A stretch of 13,428 nt of DNA, from the NCBI GenBank assembly GCA_041946805.1, contig JBHGBC010000166.1, positions 1 to 13,428 of the forward strand, read 5' to 3'. The translations under genes were made by a program, and so were the position numbers. Positions 8,420 through 13,428 of this stretch are shown here, piece by piece (the first letter of the stretch is position 1; each line of letters opens with the position of its first letter). The DNA comes from a bacterium. GTDB lineage: Bacteria > Hinthialibacterota > Hinthialibacteria > Hinthialibacterales > Hinthialibacteraceae. The notes under the pieces are model-generated. The model was given only the letters and a program-made list of their open reading frames with translations, was not told the DNA's origin and did no database searches.

Positions 8420-8485
8420 GATAGAAGCGGTTTAGTTCAAGTGATATTTCAGAATGTGTTATTTATGTTGGCATCGAGCTCGGTC

Positions 8486-8779
8486 ATGGCGAAAACGGAG
8501 TCCAAACGCAGAGTCACCTTGTCGGGAGTCATCACCGCGGCCGATTGGGATGAGGAAGGCCAAGTGGTCAATGTGATGATCTCGGCCACCGATGAGTCGG
8601 ATTACATCATCGGGCAAAACGATAAAGGCTTTAAACTGTTGAATCTGATTCAAAAACAGGTCCAGGTGACGGGCGTAGTGGGCGAGGATGACTCCGGACG
8701 CAAAATGATTATGGTTACAAAATATCAAGTCATCCGTGAATATGATACACGTGACGGTTCGATGGATTTCATGACCTGA
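8486..8779 (+). CDS. Small hypothetical protein, predicted OB-fold-like beta protein
   Basis: MAKTESKRRVTLSGVITAADWDEEGQVVNVMIS...QKQVQVTGVV...MIMVTKY shows an alternating beta-strand pattern. The start is uncertain (8441 GTG, 8465 ATG or 8486 ATG). Confidence 0.7.
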   Translation: MAKTESKRRVTLSGVITAADWDEEGQVVNVMISATDESDYIIGQNDKGFKLLNLIQKQVQVTGVVGEDDSGRKMIMVTKYQVIREYDTRDGSMDFMT

Positions 8780-8918
8780 CGGGTGGAGAAGAAAGGGAAT
8801 CGCCATGAAGAATTACGCGACGTGGCAAACCGGTGGATGCTTGAAAGCCTGGTTCCAATCTTTTTCGAAAGATTGGCTTTAACGTACATCTTCTCATATA
8901 AGAAAGGGTCTTGGGCAA

Positions 8919-10268
8919 ATGTCAAAATTGGCATTCCAAACGACGGAAGAAGAAGACAAACCCCCCAGCCAAGCCGCGATCGCGGAAGAACCTTATCCTC
9001 CCTCCTTCGAAGCGAAGCCCTACCTGCCGGATTCGCTCCCGGTTTCCTCACCGGCTCCCCTCGCGGAACCGGGTGAGAAAGCGGACAGCTACGCGAACAA
9101 GTCCTACAGCCGGACATCCCGTCAAGTGGTCTCGTCCGTTGCCCGCGCCTTCCGCAAGAAATTTTATCCGGAAGCCAATGAGACGGATTGGAACGACTGG
9201 CGCTGGCAATTGCGCAACCGCATCCGGGACATCCGCAACCTGGAACGGATGGTGGAACTGACCGAAAACGAACGGGAAGCCATCGAACGCCACCGCGGCT
9301 CGCTGCCCGTGGGCATCAATCCCTACTACGCGTCCCTGGTCGATCCCCGCGATCCGGAGCAACCCATCCGCCGGACCGTGATCCCGGTGTTGAACGAGTA
9401 CCTCCACGCTCCGGGCGAGGCCGACGATCCCCTCGGCGAAGACGAGGACTCCCCGGTTCCCGGCCTGGTGCACCGCTATCCCGACCGCGTGCTGTTTTTG
9501 GTCACCGGTTTTTGCTCGACCTACTGCCGCTATTGCACCCGTTCGCGCATGGTCGGCAACACGGGCGAGTACCGCTTCGACGTAAGCCACTGGGAACAGG
9601 CGCTTCAGTACATCGAGTCGACTCCCCAGGTGCGCGACGTCCTCCTTTCCGGCGGCGACCCGCTCACCCTGTCCGATGACCGGCTGGAGTGGCTGCTGTC
9701 GCGTCTGTACCGGATCCCCCACGTGGAGTTCATCCGCATGGGGACCAAGGTCCCCGTGGTTCTCCCGCAACGGATTACGCTCTCCTTGACCCGCTTGCTG
9801 AAAAAATATCACCCATTGTGGATGAGCATCCACTTCACCCATCCGGACGAGTTGACGCCCGAAGCGTCCCAGGCGTGCGAGCGCCTGGCCGACGCGGGCA
9901 TCCCCCTGGGCAGTCAAACCGTCCTCATGAAAGGCATCAACGACGACGTGGCGGTCATGAAAAAATTGATGCATGGCCTGCTGAAAATCCGTGTCAAACC
10001 CTACTACCTCTACCAGTGCGATCCCATCACCGGTTCGTCCCATTTCCGGACACCGGTCAGCAAGGGCCTCGAAATCATCCAAGGTTTGCGGGGCTTTACT
10101 ACCGGTTATGCCGTGCCGTCCTATGTCATCGACGCCCCGGGGGGCGGGGGGAAGATCCCCCTGCTGCCGGAAAGTGTCGTGGGGCGGGAGGGGGACGACC
10201 TGCTCTTGCGGAATTATGAAGGCCAGATTTTCCGGTATCCGGACCCGGTCTCACCGGCGGGGAAATAA
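8919..10268 (+). CDS. kamA: KamA-family radical SAM/PLP enzyme (lysine 2,3-aminomutase-like)
   Basis: WNDWRWQLRN, LVHRYPDRVL, CSTYCRYCTR (CxxxCxxC), VLLSGGDPL, HFTHPDE, SQTVLMKGIND, PYYLYQCD and YVIDAPGGGGKIPL (PLP lysine). The substrate is not proven. Confidence 0.9.
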   Translation: MSKLAFQTTEEEDKPPSQAAIAEEPYPPSFEAKPYLPDSLPVSSPAPLAEPGEKADSYANKSYSRTSRQVVSSVARAFRKKFYPEANETDWNDWRWQLRNRIRDIRNLERMVELTENEREAIERHRGSLPVGINPYYASLVDPRDPEQPIRRTVIPVLNEYLHAPGEADDPLGEDEDSPVPGLVHRYPDRVLFLVTGFCSTYCRYCTRSRMVGNTGEYRFDVSHWEQALQYIESTPQVRDVLLSGGDPLTLSDDRLEWLLSRLYRIPHVEFIRMGTKVPVVLPQRITLSLTRLLKKYHPLWMSIHFTHPDELTPEASQACERLADAGIPLGSQTVLMKGINDDVAVMKKLMHGLLKIRVKPYYLYQCDPITGSSHFRTPVSKGLEIIQGLRGFTTGYAVPSYVIDAPGGGGKIPLLPESVVGREGDDLLLRNYEGQIFRYPDPVSPAGK

Positions 10269-10282
10269 AACCCATACACGTC

Positions 10283-10792
10283 ATGAGCTTATGCGCGTGC
10301 TGTGCCCGTATGCAAATTACTTGTTGTCAATATACCGATGTCATGGTCACCGATGGCGACATTTTGAGGATTGAAGAGTTCACGGGATCGGCCGGTTTCT
10401 ATGAATACCGGAAACCGGCCGATCCGGCTTATTTGGATCAGGACGACGATCCCAACTGGCTCATGTATACCGTCTTGCCGGATGGCTCGCGCCGGGTTCT
10501 CAAGCATCCGGAGAACCACAATTGTTGTTTCCTGGGTGAACACGGATGCGTGTTGCCCCTGGAGGTTCGTCCGCTGGTCTGCCGGCTGTATCCCGTGGCT
10601 TTCACGGAATCCGGCTTGGCGGGACTCGCGTTTGGGTGTCCGGTTCACTTGTTGAAGCCCCATGAATCCCTGCTCGAGAAGGTTGGTATCCACCATGACG
10701 AAGCCGAACGCTGGCACCGGCAACTCTACCAGGAACTCCGGACTGGAATCATTTACCATGAAAATCGGAATTACCTACGATCTGCGGGATGA
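10283..10792 (+). CDS. YkgJ/UPF0153-family CxxCxxCC cysteine-cluster protein
   Basis: N-terminal CACCARMQITCC, then CCFLGEHGC...RPLVCRLYP and a later GCP. Confidence 0.85.
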   Translation: MSLCACCARMQITCCQYTDVMVTDGDILRIEEFTGSAGFYEYRKPADPAYLDQDDDPNWLMYTVLPDGSRRVLKHPENHNCCFLGEHGCVLPLEVRPLVCRLYPVAFTESGLAGLAFGCPVHLLKPHESLLEKVGIHHDEAERWHRQLYQELRTGIIYHENRNYLRSAG

Positions 10793-11798
10793 TTACCTGG
10801 CCGAAGGCTACTCGGAAGAAGAAACCGCCGAGTTCGACCGGGCCGGCACCATCGACGCGATCGAAGGCGCTTTGCGGGAACTGGGGATGATCACCGACCG
10901 CATCGGCAACATCCGCGCCCTGGTTCAACGCCTGGCCCGGGGCGACCGCTGGAACCTGGTCTTCAACATCGCGGAGGGTCTGCGGGGCATCGGGCGGGAA
11001 TCGCAGGTCCCGGCCTTGCTGGACGCCTACGAGATACCCTATACCTTCTCCGATCCGCTGGTGACAGCCCTCACGCTGCACAAGGGCCTGTGCAAGCAGG
11101 TGGTCCGCGGCCTGGGAGTCCCCACGCCGGATTTCGCCGTGGTGGAAACCGAGGCGCAACTCAAGCAAGTCAACCTGCCCTATCCCCTGTTTGTCAAACC
11201 GGTGGCCGAGGGAACCGGCAAGGGCATCACGCCCGAGTCCAAAATCCAGAATCCCACGGAGTTGCTGAACGTGGGACGCCATCTGCTGGCCCGCTTCAAT
11301 CAGCCGGTTCTGGTGGAGACCTTCCTGCCCGGCCGGGAGTTTACCGTGGGCATCCTGGGCACCGGCGAAGAGGCGCAAGTGGCCGGCCTCATGGAAATCC
11401 ACCTGAACGCCAACGCCGAAAACGGCGTTTATTCCTATGTCAACAAGGAATACTGCGAGGAGCGGGTGGAATACCGGCCCGCCGGCGATCCTCTGGCCCG
11501 CGAGGCGGCCCGCATTGCCCTGCGCGCCTGGACCGGACTCGGTTGCCGCGACGCCGGCCGCGTGGACCTGCGCGTGGACACCCACGGCGTGCCCAACTTC
11601 ATGGAGGTCAATCCCCTGGCCGGGTTGCATCCCGAGCATTCGGACCTGCCGATTCTCTGCGGCTTCGCCGGGATTTCGTACCGGGAATTGATCGGCCGCA
11701 TCGTCCAGTCCGCCTGGAAGCGGGTCTTGAATTCCCACTGGGTATACCGTTTGGAAGAAGCGGGCAAAACCTGGGCGGATTCCTGCCCGGCCAGCTAG
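10758..11798 (+). CDS. D-Ala-D-Ala ligase-like ATP-grasp enzyme 1 (non-canonical)
   Basis: MKIGITYDL start at ATG 10758. Motifs VFNIAEG, IPYTFSD, YPLFVKPVAEGTGKGI, VLVETFLPGREFTVGILG, GRVDLR and FMEVNPLAGL. Confidence 0.9.
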   Translation: MKIGITYDLRDDYLAEGYSEEETAEFDRAGTIDAIEGALRELGMITDRIGNIRALVQRLARGDRWNLVFNIAEGLRGIGRESQVPALLDAYEIPYTFSDPLVTALTLHKGLCKQVVRGLGVPTPDFAVVETEAQLKQVNLPYPLFVKPVAEGTGKGITPESKIQNPTELLNVGRHLLARFNQPVLVETFLPGREFTVGILGTGEEAQVAGLMEIHLNANAENGVYSYVNKEYCEERVEYRPAGDPLAREAARIALRAWTGLGCRDAGRVDLRVDTHGVPNFMEVNPLAGLHPEHSDLPILCGFAGISYRELIGRIVQSAWKRVLNSHWVYRLEEAGKTWADSCPAS

Positions 11799-11819
11799 GG
11801 GGGAGATAAGCCGGCCCCG

Positions 11820-12827
11820 ATGAAGATCGCTGTCCTGCACAACGAAGTATCCGCCGAGTCCAGCCTGGACGAACAGGACAACTTGATCCAAACCCGGGCG
11901 GTCGCCCAGGCTTTGGCGGAACTGGGCCATGAACCGGTTTCCTTGCCGTTCACCAGCCATCTGAAGCACAACCTGGAGCGGTTGAAGCAAGTCCGTCCGG
12001 ATGTGGTTTTCAATCTTGTGGAATCGATCGAAGGGCAGGGGCGTTTCATCCATCTGGCTCCCGCGATGCTCGACGCCCTGGATCTGCCCTATACCGGAGC
12101 CCCCGCGTCCGCCATGTACGGCACTTCCAACAAACTGGTGGCCAAGATGATCCTGCGCGATCACGGGATCCCCACGCCCGGCTGGGTGGACTTGGATTCC
12201 GCGCGCGGCTCCGGGCCGGTGATGGACGGGCCGTATATCATCAAATCCGTCTGGGAACATGCTTCCCTGGGTTTGGATGAAGATTCGGTGGTCCATTCCG
12301 CCACGGTGGACGAATTGCTTGGCGAGCTGGAACGCCGTCTGCCCCGGCTGGGCGGCAACGGTTTTGCGGAGCAATTCATCGCCGGCCGGGAGTTTAACCT
12401 CTCCGTCCTGGCTTCAGAAAATGGGGGGGAGGTTTTACCCCCGGCGGAAATCGCGTTTGACTGTTATCCGGAAGACAAAATCCGCGTCGTCGGATACCGG
12501 GCGAAGTGGGAGGCGGATACGTTCGAGTTCCATCACACGCCCCGCCGGTTTGAGTTCCTTCCGGAAGACCAGCGGCTCCTGTCCCGTCTCATCGAGATGG
12601 CCCGGACCTGCTGGGACATCTTCCGCCTGCGGGGCTATGCGCGGGTGGATTTCCGGGTGGACCGCGCCGGCCGGCCCTGGGTGTTGGAGATCAACGCCAA
12701 TCCCTGCCTGTCGCCCGATGCCGGATTCTTCGCCGCCTGCCTCCAGGCGGATTTGACCTATACCCAGGTCATCGAGCGGATATTGCAGGACACGGCCCGC
12801 CCCGCCTGGACAGGTTTCTCATTGTAG
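11820..12827 (+). CDS. D-Ala-D-Ala ligase-like ATP-grasp enzyme 2 (non-canonical)
   Basis: Motifs PDVVFNLVES, LPYTGA, IIKSVWEHASLGL, EQFIAGREFNLSVL, GYRAKW, GYARVDFR and LEINANPCLSPDAGF. SD GGAG upstream. Confidence 0.9.
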   Translation: MKIAVLHNEVSAESSLDEQDNLIQTRAVAQALAELGHEPVSLPFTSHLKHNLERLKQVRPDVVFNLVESIEGQGRFIHLAPAMLDALDLPYTGAPASAMYGTSNKLVAKMILRDHGIPTPGWVDLDSARGSGPVMDGPYIIKSVWEHASLGLDEDSVVHSATVDELLGELERRLPRLGGNGFAEQFIAGREFNLSVLASENGGEVLPPAEIAFDCYPEDKIRVVGYRAKWEADTFEFHHTPRRFEFLPEDQRLLSRLIEMARTCWDIFRLRGYARVDFRVDRAGRPWVLEINANPCLSPDAGFFAACLQADLTYTQVIERILQDTARPAWTGFSL

Positions 12828-12918
12828 GAAGGATTGGTTGGGTGAATTGAGCCAGACGAAATCCACCCGCATATCGGATAATGCCTTCATCTCATGCCGG
12901 ACTCAGGAGAAGAAAGCC

Positions 12919-13428
12919 ATGACCGCACTCGACGCCTCCTCCCCTTCTTTTTCTTCCCGCGATTGGCCCCCGGATGGGCTGGACCGGCTGATCTTCCGGG
13001 ACACGCCGTGGCCGGATGACGTGGAAAACGTGCGCCGCATCGTGGAATCGACCGGATTCTTCCATCCGGAGGAAATCGGCATCGCCGCCGAACTGGTGCA
13101 GGAACGGCTGGCCAAGGGCCTGGAGAGCGGGTACTACTTTCTCTTCGCCGATTGGGACGGCGAACCGGTCGGATATTCCTGTTTCGGGCCGATTGCGGCC
13201 ACGGTGTGCAGTTATGACCTTTATTGGATCGCGGTCCATCATCAGTACCGGGGCAAGGGCATCGGCAAAGTGCTCCTCAAGCACTCGGAAGAAGAGATCG
13301 CCAAACTGGGGGGACACCGGGTCTATATCGAAACCTCCTCCACGGAGCATTATCAATCCACCCGCGCGTTTTATTTGAAATGCGGCTACAAACAGGAAGC
13401 GGTGCTGGAGGATTTCTACCGCTGGCTG
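12919..13428 (+). CDS. GNAT-family N-acetyltransferase (3'-truncated at window edge; not in ORF track)
   Basis: SD AGGAG (12905-12909), then ATG 12919 open to the window end. My translation: ...VRRIVESTGFFHPEEIGIAAELV...GYSCFGPIAATVCSYDLYWIAVHHQYRGKGIGKVLL...RVYIETSSTEHYQSTRAFYLKCGY. This contains acetyl-CoA motif A (RGKGIG) and motif B (FYxKxGY). Confidence 0.9.
   Translation, partial: MTALDASSPSFSSRDWPPDGLDRLIFRDTPWPDDVENVRRIVESTGFFHPEEIGIAAELVQERLAKGLESGYYFLFADWDGEPVGYSCFGPIAATVCSYDLYWIAVHHQYRGKGIGKVLLKHSEEEIAKLGGHRVYIETSSTEHYQSTRAFYLKCGYKQEAVLEDFYRWL

Noticed and set aside
8783..9076. 97-aa ORF overlapping the kamA start (also 8911-9261)
   Set aside because: Large out-of-frame overlap with kamA and no recognisable features. 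The shorter 8805-8882 ORF has the better ribosome-binding site.
8919..10268. EpmB (EF-P beta-lysylation) or lysine-fermentation kamA
   Set aside because: No efp, epmA, kamDE, kdd or kce in the window. The protein is longer than typical EpmB, and its context is ligases plus a GNAT.
10749..12374. 541-aa minus-strand ORF, and similar long antisense or alternate-frame ORFs (1239-2579, 2958-3653, 4083-5132, 6897-7733, 9048-10082, 12892-13356)
   Set aside because: They shadow well-supported genes on the opposite strand, show no recognisable motifs, and are expected in GC-rich DNA with biased codon usage.
10758..12827. Vancomycin-resistance (van) ligases or housekeeping ddl
   Set aside because: Canonical D-Ala-binding motifs are absent, and there are no vanH/X/R/S or mur/fts neighbours.
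13016..13378. 120-aa plus-strand ORF in the track
   Set aside because: Wrong frame. The real gene is the GNAT frame starting at 12919, which runs off the window.

Overview
GC-rich bacterial chromosomal window with two parts. The left part (1-5929) is mostly housekeeping and envelope genes: a 5'-truncated M23 peptidase with PKD domains, a secreted CBM9/DOMON-like protein, a minus-strand kdsB - small membrane protein - argG unit, and a UPF0316/DUF2179 membrane protein flanked by REP-like palindromes. The right part (6369-13428) holds a sigma-54 enhancer-binding regulator with a degenerate receiver domain and a ~700 bp control region with palindromes and a candidate -24/-12 promoter. A co-oriented cluster follows: small OB-fold-like protein, KamA-family radical SAM/PLP aminomutase, YkgJ-type Cys-cluster protein, two divergent D-Ala-D-Ala-ligase-like ATP-grasp enzymes, and a GNAT acetyltransferase (3'-truncated, absent from the ORF track). 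The cluster looks like an uncharacterised NRPS-independent pathway for a beta-amino-acid (probably beta-lysine) containing, acetylated small peptide or conjugate, and is the main candidate for a novel system. All calls come from motif reading by eye; no searches were run.
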